NCBI GenBank assembly: GCA_964036045.1
Contig: OZ038379.1
Location: 20,646,001 to 20,710,000 of the forward strand
Length of the DNA: 64,000 bases
Direction of reading: 5' to 3'
Source of the DNA: Eutreptiella sp. 'Long Island Sound 2002'
Lineage: Eukaryota; Protista; Euglenida
Shown here in pieces: positions 1-13,369 of this stretch. Position numbers and translations under genes: made by a program. Each line of letters starts with the position of its first letter. The first letter of the stretch is position 1. Below the pieces are notes generated by a model. The model did no database searches and was not told the DNA's origin. It saw only the letters and a program-made list of their open reading frames with translations.

Positions 1-526
1 ATTTCGAGTCGATGGGTCAAAAATGTGTTTTTTCAGGAATGATCCTAGACCATTTGGGGTGCCTAAACAAGTGAAATCAGCCTTCTATGAGCCCATGGTA
101 AGCCATTTTGGCCACTCCAAAATCACAAAATGCCTTGAAAATGGGCTATTTTGGGACGAAAAATCGGTTTAAAATGGATCAAAAATTTGTATTTGCAAAG
201 ATACTTTTGGACTATTTGGGGTGCGCAAACAAGTGGAATGAGCCCATTTTGAGCCCAATTTGAGCAATTATGGACTCTCTCAAGGCCGACAGGGCCTTGC
301 CAAACGGGCCACTTTGGGACCACAAATGGCTCAAAAACGGGTCAAAACCATGGTTTTCGAAAACTGATTCTAGTCCAGTTGTGGTGCCCAAACGGATGAA
401 TACAGCTCATTTTGAGCCCCTTTTGAGCCGCTCTCGTCCACTTTCTAGTGCCTACCTCATTTGTCGTTAAAGTCTCCTAGACAATGTTCCTTCCCCCACC
501 AGCTCGGTCCCAATATTCAATCCTGG
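1..526. repeat. Partial copy of the ~1.3-1.5 kb dispersed repeat family A
   Basis: 300-526 is closely similar to 35300-35540 (e.g. GTGCcTACCTCATTTGTCGTTaAAGTCTCCTA...GTTCCTTCCCCCACC.GCTCGGTC) and to the reverse complement of 30432-30660; it ends in TAGGGCTAGGG motifs. Confidence 0.9.
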
Positions 527-670
527 TAGGGCTAGGGCTAGGCTTGGGGCTAGGGGTAGGGTTAGGGGGGCGGCACCTTTGGCAACTAATTCTTGGCCGG
601 AGGCCCCTAGGGGGGTGGGGGGGGCATGGGTAGTTGGCGTCCTAGGACCCGCGGAGTCCCCCCCCCCCCT
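527..670 (-). repeat. Short interspersed element with a degenerate telomere-like (TTAGGG/CTAGGG) tail, copy 1
   Basis: TAGGGCTAGGGCTAGG...GGGTTAGGG followed by ...AGTTGGCGTCCTAGGACCCGCGGAGTC; same layout as 28977-29190 and, inverted, 41761-41980. Confidence 0.6.
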
Positions 671-689
671 GGTGAATGCGTTGTGGTTG

Positions 690-1460
690 AATGCGAATCT
701 GGCACCTCCGAAGGCGTTTGTGAATAGTGAAATCCGAAACGGTGCCACAAATGTTCAAATGGTCCAAGTCAAGGAAATGTTGGATGAACACTTTTTAACC
801 TTGATGGCCAAGCTAGCATTCATAGTGCATTGTGGCAAACCGGTGTTTGATCTAATTCATGATGTGCAAGTTGCCGTGGTGCCAAAAGCAAGCGATGAGC
901 ATGGTTCACAGCGGCCACAGATGGATAGGGTTTGTAATCAACGAACGAAATTGCATGCTCAATTGTTAGACACCTCCTCCTTTGGCGCTCTTGTTGATGA
1001 TGTTTTCAAAGCCCTATCATCCAAGGACCGGGAGCCGTATAAGAAGGGTTTCATCATTGCTACCCATGCTGCGGAAGCCAAAGTGCAGAAATATCTTGCA
1101 CTAATGCCCTTTGCCAAGCATGCCAGGATATGAGACCCGCGACAAAGACCCGTCCTTGAGTCTCAGGATGGTATGGCTACTAATACTGTTGCGCACAAAT
1201 GTCTCTTTCACACAAGTGAGGTCAGTCTTGCACTTCAAGTGGAGTGGGAAGCTTATTAGAATTCACCACCGGTTGTTGCAACAGACAGGTTTAGCATTTT
1301 GGATTGGTGGGACGGAGTTTCACCCACTTTGCCCCTGTTGTCAGGCATTACCCAGCGTGCCTTGGCTGTTCCAACCACATCATGTGATGTGGAGTGGTGC
1401 TTCTCCTCTCTGATGAGAGGCAGCAAGACATGAAAGAGGACACGCATCGTGCTGCTGTGT
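690..1460 (+). pseudogene. Degenerate hAT-superfamily transposase, C-terminal part
   Basis: ORF 579-1133 ends HARI*DPR (LDPR-like motif). Downstream frames give EWEAY...LAFW...F and LAVPTTSCDVEWCFS (1362-1406), matching the hAT dimerisation motif L.iP.sS..vERxFS. Broken by stops and frameshifts. Confidence 0.7.
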
Positions 1461-4400
1461 GCGTGCGTGCGTGCTCCATTTCAATGGTATTGTGAATTAG
1501 AGTGTCACCGGCAATGGAACTAAGAAACTGGATTGAATTGACTATGCTTTGTTGTTCACATTTGGAACGCCGGCGAAAATGAGTCTGCGGTAGGCACCAA
1601 TGGTTGAGTGGATAATAGGCACCCCGGGTCCCTACCTATGCTATGCCCGGACGCCGGGAACCGGTTGCACCGCCCAAGTTTCCTTATTTTCCCCCATTTC
1701 CCCCCATTTTCCCCCATTTCCCCCCATTTTTCCTTGCCTTGGGTACATTGTGGGTACGTTTGTGGGTACATTACCCGCCACCGGAGCCGGGTACTTCTGA
1801 GCCCTGCATGGAGCACACTCCACCACCACCAACAGCAGGCCACACAAAAGGCATAGCACTGGACACCAGCTGTATTGCACGGCAACCAACCACTTGTTAG
1901 GGAACACCCCTCACCCTCCGGACCCTAGTCTGGACTCCCCCATGGGGGGTGCCCAGCTGCAGCCCTTGACACCCCTCCCCTGCCCCACCCCCTCACCCCT
2001 CAAAATGGCCAAAATATTTAGAAGGTCCAGGCCACATTTGGTCCCAATTGGTGCCGATGGTGTGGCATTTTTTTTTTTTTAGCATTTGGTGGGGGGCAAA
2101 GTTTCGTTTTTACTCATGTGTGTAAACTCAAAATGCGCAGAATTTCATGGGAAATACAAATATGTATGCACATGAGAAATTTTCTGACCCCTGCTCTCCC
2201 TCATCCAGCCCCCCAAACCTGGCTACTTGACCGGACCCCGGACCCCCAGGGGGGTAGATTTTTTTTAACAAAGACCCCACGTAAGTGTGTTCAAAATGGT
2301 CAGTGCGACGAGGAGATCATGTTGAGCTCTGCATGTTGGGGTACCCACAACCCCAGCCCGCCCCCCCCCCTTCCTCCTGAGCCCCCCCCCCCTCTTTCAG
2401 GGGGCCAAAATGTTTAGGGGATATCGGTTTCTGGGTGCACCTGGGCACCCCCCATGGGACCCCCCACGCTCCGTCCCTCATTTTCGTTATTTCTTGTTCA
2501 GCTCGTCACAGAGAAGTTGAAGCCTCTGCAATGGCCTATCCAGATTGTGGATCGGGTTGTGCTGTGGAGCAGTCAACTCTGCCGTGGCAGGCCTCCAGTG
2601 CACGTTGCCGTGCAGGAGTACTTTCTTTCAACCCCAGGTCCCCCACAATCGTAGCACCCGCTCCACTTGCTGCCTCAATAGCCGCACGGCACGCATCATA
2701 CCACAGCCAGTGCACACACCACCGTGCCGAGTCCCTCGAAAATTTCGTTACCTTTCCATCTGCATTGAACTGGGACCACCCCTCTTGGACCAGGGGTTGA
2801 TTATATATGGACACGTGTTGGGGAGGAATCCCAATGTTAAAAGTCCCAGCTCTGGAGCAGACCTGCAACTTGCCTGGCAAGTAGGCGGCAGGGATGAAAC
2901 GTTGCACAAGGGAGGCCAGGAGCCTGTGCTCTAACCCTGCGCTCCCCAAGATGAACCCCGGACTACAGGTGGGGAATGTGCATTCTCCAATGCAATCGGA
3001 ACTGTTGCAGGTCCTCAATAACCCTGTCAGCCAGTGCCCGCGCACAAAACATGATCCTGCCTGGCAGCTGAGGGTTAAGCGTATTGGCAATGGTGGGTGG
3101 GATCGGGAGGAAAACAGGAGAATTCAATTGTGTATTTGGACAAGGGAGGCACGCTGGTTCAGAACCTGCACCTCCCCCCTCCGGACACCCCCCCCCCCCC
3201 CCGAGTCCCTGCGACCCCCCTCGGGAGCCCCCTGAGCGGAGAAGGTGCTGTGCTATGAGGGACAGGACCATCTCCTGTCGAGCCCCCCGCCCCCGCTCCC
3301 CCCCGGGGGGGGGGGGGGCAGGGAGAAGGAAGGAATACACTATTCTTCTCACCAACCCCCACATGAGCATCGGGGTCATTCCTGCAGTACTCAGACACAT
3401 GGGAAATGGCCCCATTGGGACGGAATGACGGATCAGGCACGGTGTTCCAGGGGTGCTCACCGAAGGACAAAAGGTTTGGCTTGGTTCTCTTCATGGCAAA
3501 CAGCAAAGGTGTATGATTTGGCATGTGATCCCTTGCACACCTCCATGTCGTCTTCCATGGATTTGAGTACATAATGTGATATTGATCAAGGCACATTCTT
3601 TTGCCCACATGTGAAGTTTGCTGAAAACTGAGGTTCGGACTGAATGAACCATTTCGTCGATCCAACAGTCCGTCTACCTGTCCGTGTTTGATATTTTATA
3701 TGACTGATTTGATTTGCAGTGCGGTTTGATCTTGCTTTGATGAACATGCCTCAAATGAATGACGCTGGTGCTGGGCCAGAGGATCAGCCTTGACAAGAAT
3801 TGGTTCAGAGGTGTGGCAATGGAGGCAACCATGAGAAGAAATTTGCAGAATTGCAGAAGGTCTACCTGGTGGCACCGATGGACGAAAATTTGATGCTGCT
3901 AGTGGTCTATGAACTGTTTTTGGGGTCAGTGCTAGAAAGGTCTGCTCCCATCACACCTTCCAAACTGAGTCGCAGCACATGTGCAAAGGTCAAGGGTCGA
4001 GTATAGCTTCTTGGAAAAGATGAAGAATACAGGCCAAAGTTCGTCGCCAGACCGGCCAAGGCCGGAAGCGGATTCTGAGATGGATGGGGCGCCTGCCATA
4101 GACACAGAATTGGGGAGAACGACACCACCGTTGCCCTTTATGGACTCTGTTCTCTGCCGAGAACGTCACAAGAGTGCGGAAACGGCTAGGAGCGCCAAAG
4201 TGGGTAAGAGCACTTTGTAAACTGCCTCTGAGGAGAGTGGAGGAGCTGCTTGCAAACCATAAAACCATTGTTTAGCACCCATTCCTGGAGCGGTTGCTTG
4301 ACGTGTTGCCTCGAAAACCTTAGGTCAATACAATTACTACCAGTGATCATTACTCCCCAGAACCCTTCTGAATGCTTTTCCCTCAAGGTCTGTGCCGCAG

Positions 4401-5486
4401 AAATCAGGTCTGGTTTCCTACAGACCCGAGAGGCCCAGAAATCGGGCCCAAACTGGTGCGCATCCTAGAGGCTTGCGGTTCCAAAACGGGAACCGCAATC
4501 CCATGGAATCTAACAAAGTAGAAGTGCACGCACTTGAAGTAGAAGTTTTTCCGCATGTGCAATCCACCCCCATGGGCAGGCCCAGTTTGTGCCCTCAAGT
4601 TCTTTACTGTGCAGGTTACTGTTGTTGACCAGCAAGGCAGATTGTGAAAACAGAGCGTATGAAAATGCCCATGAATGCCCAGAATGGGCTGCTACAAAGA
4701 CCCCGCACCAGGAGCCCTGCCTGCTGTTGCAACAGTCAGCCCCCAGGCACGCAAGGCAAAGTGTCCGATAGCATTGAGTCGCGGCAGATTGCATGGAGCG
4801 ACGCGGTTATGATGCAAATAAAGCCCAGAATAGGCGCCTGCAGAAGCCCTGCACCCACCGTGTGCTCAAGGAGGCTATTCTTTTCTAACTGTGCCTGTGG
4901 TGGCCCCGATTTCCGTGTCCCAAGCACCACGTTTGCCAGTCTTGGCCGTGGCTACCAACGACAAGTCCATGAAGACTGCAGATGCAAACTGTGACATGCC
5001 ATGACAGCGGACATTAACAGCTGTTCGAAATTATTTTGGGCAATGGGTGAAGCAGGTGAGTGTTTATGGCAGTCATCATTTTTTGGTACAAGAGAACAGT
5101 AGAGCAACAGACCCCTAATCATATGGACGTTGGTACTACCGCTCTGGCCACTGGTCCTTCAATGCGTCATGGAAATTTATCAGGTGACAATCAGTGACCA
5201 TGCCTTAGCTGGTGCCTACTGCGATGTTCGGCACCTGATGACAGCAATCACAGCAATCGCGCCAAAGGACCATGGCTCGGTGATGAATGTGTGATTGGGG
5301 AAGTGTAGTGCTGCACAGCGCGTTGTGTTGACAACAGGTAAGACAGAATGAACCAACAGCTTGTTGTGTTGGCGTGCTGATTGCGAAACACCCGAAAGGA
5401 TTGAGACAAGCTGCATCCGCTTGCATGCACAAGCCGCACCACACGCTGAATTGCACTGTTCAGGGAGATCATTTTCTGTCACCTCC

Positions 5487-5789
5487 ATGGCCTTTGCGCG
5501 GCAGTCGCGATGCGCATCGCGCCGCCTCACCTGTGTGTCCGCAATGCGGCTTTGCGCATGGCCTTCTTGGCGAGTAAACGTCCCCTTTCAGGCTGTGTCC
5601 ACGTTCTCAACCATTCCTGCTGAAAAAGCGCAGCCAGCGGCATCACAAGACGTTGCGACTAGCGCTTCCACTGCAGGTGTGCAGCAGATAGCTCCGCGAA
5701 GCCTCACAAGTAGTACTGCCGCTGATGAAGCCTCTGCAAGTGGCGCTCCTGCGCAGCAGTGCAGCAGATGGCACCTCAAAGAACTCCAG
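5487..5789 (+). CDS. Putative first exon of the mTERF gene (organelle transit-peptide-like)
   Basis: ATG at 5487 opens MAFARQSRCASRRLTCVSAMRLCAW... (Arg/Ser/Ala-rich, acid-poor start), with a possible donor CAG|GTTGGG at 5789. The link to the 8426 exon is not resolved because the phases need an intermediate exon. Confidence 0.35.
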
Positions 5790-8425
5790 GTTGGGTGGAG
5801 AGGTACAGTCTACAGGTGGTGTACAGCGCTGTGGACTGTACCGGACTGTCGTGCTAACAGCAATCCTACCTTGGGCACCCGATGCAGGAGGGGTTATGCA
5901 GCTGTTTGGCTCCTCCCGGTTTGAGGACCCAATTCCGGAAGGGACGATGTAGTCATTTTGCCCCCTTCCCCGTGCTTTGGGGACTCCTGTGCTGCTTCTG
6001 CCCCATTGGTGTCCGTTCCATGCCGCTGCCGGCATGCTTCGCACGAAGAGGTGAAGTTTGGAGGCTCACCACCACCGATGTCGGAAAAGTACCACAGGGC
6101 CATGGGTTCCAGGTGAGGCCATAGCAGCCCAGCTGCCCCCTAAACCTCTTGCCACTGTGTTGCCTGAGGGCCGAAAGGGGCATGGGCACACCGAGGTTCA
6201 AGACGCTAATGCACAGGTTTTCGAATTGGCCTGTTTGGAGCGAATTGGAGTTTTTTTTTTGGTGAGTAGCCCGCGGGGCACCTCGGTGCAAGCAGGAGAC
6301 TTGGGTGCGTGATATGCCACCTACATGAAACCCCTCTAGGAATGCGGCGACGTATTGACTACTGTGCCTGTGTGCTTATGCTAAGCAAAACAAAAGTTTT
6401 ACACACTCAAACTAACTTTCTCTTTTGTATTTAGTTTTTTGTTTTTCTCATACCAACGATGGGCCCACCCACCCACCCAGCGCATTGCATCTATCTCTTA
6501 TGGACTCACCAGGAATGTAGTGAGGTATTGACTTCTGTGCCTGGTGTTTACGCTAAGCAACCCCCCCCCTGTACTAATGTCGCTCTCTAATATTATCGTT
6601 TCCCTATTTTGGAAGGGGAAGTGGAAAGTAGTGGTGATGAGAGCGCCATGCCTGAAATTGGGGTGTCAATACAACCCCAAAATCGGGTCAATGCAGCCCC
6701 AAACAACTTCAGCAGGGGAGGGTCTGAGCTGGGGGGTGTATTTAGCTGGGCCCCACGAAATGCAGTGTAGAATATTGGCCAATGATGACTTTTCATAACC
6801 CCTTGTCATAATGATTCAAAGAGTGACCTACACACGCACCGCACCAGCAGGCAAGACTGGGAGCAGGCGGAGCACGCATCTAACGAGGTAGTTCTAGTCA
6901 AGGGAGGGGTGGTATCTAGGATGCACCATACCAACAGCATGTATTGCGGTGTGCGGCATACAAACAGGATGCAGAGTAGGCGTGTCCTCAAGAGATCCAA
7001 CGTTTTTTTTTTTTGAGGACAGCCCTGAAGGACAGCCCCCAGGGACAACCACCAACTGCCACCAACTGCCAACCGCCAACCATTGTTCAACACTGTGTGG
7101 TCTTGTGTCTTGCAGAGTGGTGTAGGGTATGCGTGCCAGATGTGGGGTATGGGGCATACAAACAGGATGCAGGATGGATGGGTGGTATGGCGCATGGACC
7201 CCAGGATGACAACTAGCATGAGAGATATCGAATGCATGGGGGCAGTTCCGACAGGAAAATGTGGGGTGGGTTTTTGAAACCCGCATCCCCCCCCCCCCAT
7301 AACTACATTGGGTGGTTGTGCATTTTGTGTTTTCTTGTGCATTCCCACCTTTTTGAATGATGTTTAGTCCCAAATATCCTTCGACACGGTATGGGCTATG
7401 TATCCACATAGCCTTGCAGCCATAGGGACCCCTTGGCCTGGGGTTATGTAGACATACTTATTTCTCCCACTGCGGGGACCCCTTGGCCTCAGGTTGTGGA
7501 CCCATGTTCATTTTTACCCCTACAACAACTTTGTACATTTCTGCAAATGCTGGGCTTGGTTGAGATTGGTATTTAACCCACATTCATGTTGGAACCCATG
7601 GTCGGCCACTTTCTGGTCACAAATAAGCACGGCCAAATCCCAGCACAGGACCCCCATCTGCCCGTCAGTTCCTGTGGCATGGGCTGTGCTTGCGCAAGAC
7701 ATACCCCCTTGCGCTAACATGGGGGTGTCCAAACACGGCAACCCAGTGTTTCCGCATTTTTGGGCCTTTTTTGGAGCCATGGGTTTTAGTTCCATTATTA
7801 AGATTTGTGGCTTTGTGCAGGCTGCAGGTGCCGTCGATTTGGGTGTAAAAGTGTTGGTGTAGCTGCAATTCTTTGTGTGTTTGCTGGCCTGTAGGGCACG
7901 CTTTTGTAGTCATGAACAAATCTCTTTCTCCCAAACCCAGCCCCGAAGCCTGCCCCAAAAGGCAAGCATGTTCAACTACTTCAAGATGACGTGCAACGTT
8001 GGCAAGGGGTTCCAATCGTGCAAAGGAGGATAATAGTTTGTATTGTGGTGTTTTCAGTGGTAGGTTGGGGTTATTTCTGCATCATGTGTTGCGTGGTATG
8101 TGTCACGTGCAAACACGGGCTTCTCCAAACACGGCGACCCTGTGTTACCGCACTTTTACTGAACCTGGCCCATGTTTGCGCGGGGGGGGGGGGGGTTACA
8201 TTTTGTGTCTGCATCTTGTGTGCATTCCCCATGCCGCCCCACGTCTTCTGGTGTGTATGCGCCATACCGCAGTGCATGCTGGATGCATGCCTGATGTCGC
8301 CATTGTGTGTTTGCCCCATACTGCCCTACATCCGGTGTACCTGCCCCGTGCTGCACTACCTCCTGCATGTGTACGCCAATGTTGTGTGCACAAATGTATG
8401 CCCTGATACGATCTCCTAATTGCAG

Positions 8426-9303
8426 ACCTGGACCTGGATGAGTCGATCGGATCCGATGTCAGCGTTGATGCAGCTGCTCTGGTCACAAAGTACCCAGCAA
8501 TACAGGAATACCCCATTGAGAATGTGAGGGCGATTGCCAAGTATCTTGGAGGCCTCAATATTGATGTTGACAGAGTGTTCAACGTGTATCCCAAAGCCGC
8601 TGGGCTTGAACCCAGCCGCATTCAGGACAACGTTGTGTACCTACACTTAGTGGGTCTGCACCCGGATAAAGTGATTAATAGGGAGCCGCGCGTGCTTGAT
8701 CACAGCATTGACCTGATGAAGGAGTCCATTGAGTATGTATTGAGGCAAGGGCTGGTGGACATTCCGAAGGTGGGAAACAGGGAGCCACTCCTGCTGCTGT
8801 ACTCCGTGGCTGAGCTCGAGAAGCGGCTGGTATTCCTTCAGGACCTGGGTCTTGACGCAGTGCGAACACTGCAGCGGGAGCCGTGTGTGCTGCGATATGA
8901 CACGGAGAACATGCAACGCGTTGCGCGTTTTCTGCGGGACCGAGGGCTCACAGGGGTCCTGCCGAAGCTGCCGCGCGTGTTTGGCTATAATCTTGAGAAC
9001 AACATCAAGCCCAAAGCGGCTTTTCTGCTGGAGGATATGGGGCGTAGTGCCGAGGAGGTCAATAAGCATGGGCACGTATTTAAACACAGTCTATTAGGGC
9101 GGATTAAGCCCCGACACCAGTACTTACAGCACCTTGGCGTCACGAGGCGTTTCCATTTGCACCAGATGTATAAATGTAGCGATGAACAGTTTGCCAAGAA
9201 CATTGCCAAGAAAAGTCTTGACCACTACATGGCGTGGATGTCGCAGAGTGGGGACTTTCTTCAGACAAGTGCTGCAGCAAGACAGGGAGATCCTCAACAG
9301 TGA
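8426..9303 (+). CDS. mTERF: mTERF (mitochondrial transcription termination factor family) protein, large terminal exon
   Basis: Acceptor CTAATTGCAG|AC at 8425/8426 (phase 1). Repeated ~30-35 aa helical units with P.vL.y motifs (YPKAAGL, EPRVLDHS, EPLLLLYS, EPCVLRYD, LPRVFGYNLENNIKPK) and the typical C-terminus HSLLGRIKPRHQYL...SDEQFAKNIAKKSLDHY. Stop TGA at 9301-9303. Confidence 0.88.
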
Positions 9304-11031
9304 GAAGGCGTGAGAGGGCGTGTCATGCCCATGGCGCACACGTGACCAGGCAGGGAAGGGTCGTATGGCACGGGGCTTCCCAGCTCTGGGCTTCTGGCCA
9401 AGGGCTTCACATAGTGCAGTCATTGAGCAAAGCCAGGATTTCAAGCCATTTTCGATTGGACTCCATTGTGTGGTCACTGGACACCTCGAACCCCCGGCTG
9501 AAGCAGCTCATGAATGCAATCCTCATTGACGAGCCTGACCATGCACTACATTGAGCCAGCAACATTCTGCTTCTGTTCTTGACATCATTTCTTGAACAAT
9601 TCTGCTCGTGACTATTGCGCCCACGGCGATGGCAAACGTAGGTTTCATAACAGTTTTGGTGAGCGTGCAAGCGGTGCTGATGGAAGAAACAGTCTGTGGC
9701 CGAGGGACACGTCAGGGAGCTGACGGCATATTATGACAGGCAGAGCTGGCAGCAACGCCGTTGGCTCCTTGGGTATTAACGGGACCAAAGTGCGTTCGTG
9801 ACAACCCCTCCAGCACAGCAGCCAAACCGCAGCCTAAAGGCTGCTACGTCCCGGCAACGCGATCAACTTTTTGCAGAAGTGCACAGGGGCTGTGCAGTCA
9901 ATGCACGGACTGTGGGGGGGTCACATCTTTTGCCTTTGGTTGTCTGCGTGGGCCCGTACTGCGATGCACTCACTCTGGTATCAATGCCCGGGGCGCATCT
10001 TTTCATGCAGGTGCCCGCCTGAGACAGGTTCTTTCTCTGCATGCAAGGCCATCACTCATCATCCTTGCGGAACATGTATGCGTTGCTTTCTGCACAACTT
10101 CAGTCCATTAAGCGACATGACCCTGGGAGTACCGGGGATCCGTGCGCTTCCGTTTGGCTTTCTCAGCGGCAGTGCACAACAATTGCCACCAACGCTGCAT
10201 GGCCATCTTCGTCAGCTGCTCCAGCAGTCGCTTTGGCTTCCCCCACTCTACTCCCCTGACCTGCGCACCCAAACACCCAAAGAGACATCACTACATGATT
10301 TGGCCGCACTCCAGTTGTGCACTCAAGACAGACATCTGTCCACCTATACACAAGACCATAACCCCTCCTTCCACTTTCCGGCCTGAGCTTTTCCAACCTA
10401 CGAATCAGACACACCCCAGACTGATGGAAATAATGTGGCACTTGGTAATGGCAGGGGTCGGAGTGTTTGATGGGCAGTCGTCCATGTATGGCGCTCCTTT
10501 CTTATGAAATCCACGCCCGTCTCGTCACGTAGAGCGCAGGCCCATGGGAGGACCAGACCTCCCAGTTGCAATGACAGTTTTGCCCACAATGGTACAATCC
10601 ATATGGGACTGGAGGCGCCCCCACAATGTGTACAATCACTTTGACTCCTTGGTGTCCCTCATTGCTGTAAACGTTCCTCTTTTTGCTGGGCTGCACCGTT
10701 GACAAAGCAGCACTAGTGTCCAGGAGCGTATTGATTTTGCACACCGCCTGCACCCGCCGTAAATCCATCTGTTTCGGACAAACAGACCAACCCTGTCTAA
10801 CACAGCTGCCTACCAGGTTTTCACTGGAATCAATTCGCTCAGAGGCACCAGACAGGTGGAAAATGTGTACGGGTGGGGGGTGGGTGGGGTCATTCCAGCC
10901 CCGCCCCCCCCCCCGGCTCTCTGCAGGAGGATGGGGTCGGGGAAGGCTTTGTCGAGGCAAACACAACTTATTGGACAAAAGGCCGTAAGTGCCTATGGCC
11001 GCGGCATTCAGTCGATCAGCACCGACCATTG

Positions 11032-11205
<174 letters not shown>

Positions 11206-13253
11206 AAAAGGGGCTCTCGTGACAGGCCAGTCCAAAGAGGCCAGTGTAAGAGAAAGACACGTGCGCGGTGCGCGCGTATTCACACTTTCCCCTTGTGCTT
11301 TTTTCTGCACCTCACCACCATCTTCCCCTCCCTCGTGGTGAGCCCATGTGCCATGGCTGCGGGATAGGGCGCCAAGCCAGGTTGCGATGGCTGTTGCAAT
11401 GGTGTACAATTGCCACGGGTAAGGCACTTGGGCACACCAAAACGTGAAACGTTTGAATCGGGCTCTTCGGTCTGAGCGGCGGTACCAGAGAGTTGTTCTT
11501 CCTCAACCTACGCCCCCCCCCCCCTGGCAGGGTGCGTGGGCGGCCACAACCAGCATTGGTGAGGAGGCAGAGGGGAGCCCTCGGATTTTGTATGCTGACC
11601 CCTGAGGTTACCGTGTCCCTGCCCCCCTGGGGGCGCTGTGCGAAAAGTAGGCTATTTTGTGGAAGCTTACCGTCGCAGTGGATGGTCAACATTGTGTGGG
11701 TATGCCCGGTCTTACCCGCTACGAGTGCTGATGTTAGGATATCTCTCGGGGACATTCATAATGTGCCAACGTTGTGGGTTTTGGCACTTTTTGGGATTTT
11801 TGCCAAGTTTTGCTTCCGTGCGCAAACATGTCATCACATAGGGGGGGGGGGGGGGGTATGTGTATATTTTTTTGAAATTTGCAAGAAAAGTCCATTTCGG
11901 AAATGTATGAGTGGGGGCTGGGGGGTAGGTGGTCACATTTTTCAGCACAGCACAACACATTGGACGGTGCACACAAACATGGCACTGCACCGTTGAATCA
12001 TTTTTATTCTGAATCATCGTCATCATCAGCATTTCTTTTTTTCGTGGAGGGCTGGGACGCCATTAGGGCAGACATCCCCCTGTTTGTGGACAGGGACATC
12101 TTTCTTCAATTATTCCCAATCCTGCAACCTCCGTGCCTTCACTGGCACCCAACCTTCGTCAAGGGGCACAGCCCATAGGCCATCGGCTCACTGTATCCTG
12201 ATTTCAACCATACATATCCAGGATGGGACGCCGCATCGCCTGCACCTGCACCTGCCCTTTTGCGCGTCAAAGGTTTCTGTGGTGCATCCGGGGAAGCAAC
12301 AGTCCGTGGAGTGAATTTGTATGTAGACATGGCAGCTGCCGGTTGACAAAAAGAGGCAGCAAGCAACACAGGCACCGTCCAAAATGGACGAATCTCAAAC
12401 ATGTTGGCAGTACAGCATGCAGACCCAGGGTGTTCCAAATAGCCTTTTCCAAGGCCTTTCCGAATATACCCCACATACCCTACCTCCGGAACACTCAGTG
12501 GGCACAAATAAGGCAAGAATCACGGCGACCAGCAAAAAACCACAAAGTTGGCACAAAAGTCAACGTCCCCGAGAGATATGGGACAAGTATGCGCCACAAC
12601 ACAACCAAGGATGTTTCATGGGGTTTAAAGTGGGTATACATGATGGTGTATATAAGGGACGGTTTGCCTTCCCACATCCCTTTCATTGGCTGCAAGCCAT
12701 TGACTGTCCGGCAAAAGAGCTGCAATGATATTCATCGGTATTATGGAGCATGGGTGGAATATTGGTTTGCCGGCCTTTGGTCTTGGAGGGTTGTGCGTGA
12801 CATTTGGCTGGGTTCCTATGAGGATTTGTCTGTTTTTGCCAGGTGCGCCAGGCTTCGTTTACAAGAATTAAGTTGCAATGGCGGGGGGGGGGGGGGCTTC
12901 AGCTGGGTGGGTGGGTCTAAAGCTCTAGACCCCCCCCTTTATAATTCCGAGGGTTTCCTGGTTGGGCTCTTGCCACCCCTTCTTTCTTTGGTTAGAGGAG
13001 CCTTGTGTGGCTGTTTGCTGATGCCCCTTTCCACTTTGTCGTCATGCAGGCACCATGCCGAAATCTCTTTGTGGTTGTGGGGTATTCGTTGGATCCTCTG
13101 AGCAGGCCAAAAGGGGGCATCTAAAGAGTGCGGATCACAAGCAATGGGTGCAAGGAAAGAAGAGTGAGTGCTCACTCAATTTCCTCAAGGTGACCCTAGT
13201 GCAGCCAACAAAAGCTTCAACAGCCAGTTCTAGTAGCAACAGCAACAACCCTA

Positions 13254-13369
13254 CACAGAGCAACAACGTTGCACAGAGTGGCACTTCTGCACAGAGCAAG
13301 AGTGCCGCACAGAGCAACAGTGCGGCACAGAGTGGTGGTCCCAAACAGAGGAGCGGTGCTGCACAGGGC
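13254..13369 (+). repeat. 18-bp minisatellite (CACAGAG-N11), about 6.5 units
   Basis: CACAGAG recurs every 18 nt and would encode AQSxxA repeats within ORF 13055-13384. Confidence 0.75.

Noticed and set aside
1410-1435. CTGATGA...GAAA hammerhead-like core
   Set aside because: The intervening 15 nt cannot form stem II, and the site lies in the hAT relic.
2536-5000. Protein-like minus-strand fragments (RWCVHWLWYD, HRCHQVDL)
   Set aside because: Possibly a decayed transposon, but the motif order is inconsistent with a hAT and no family could be assigned.
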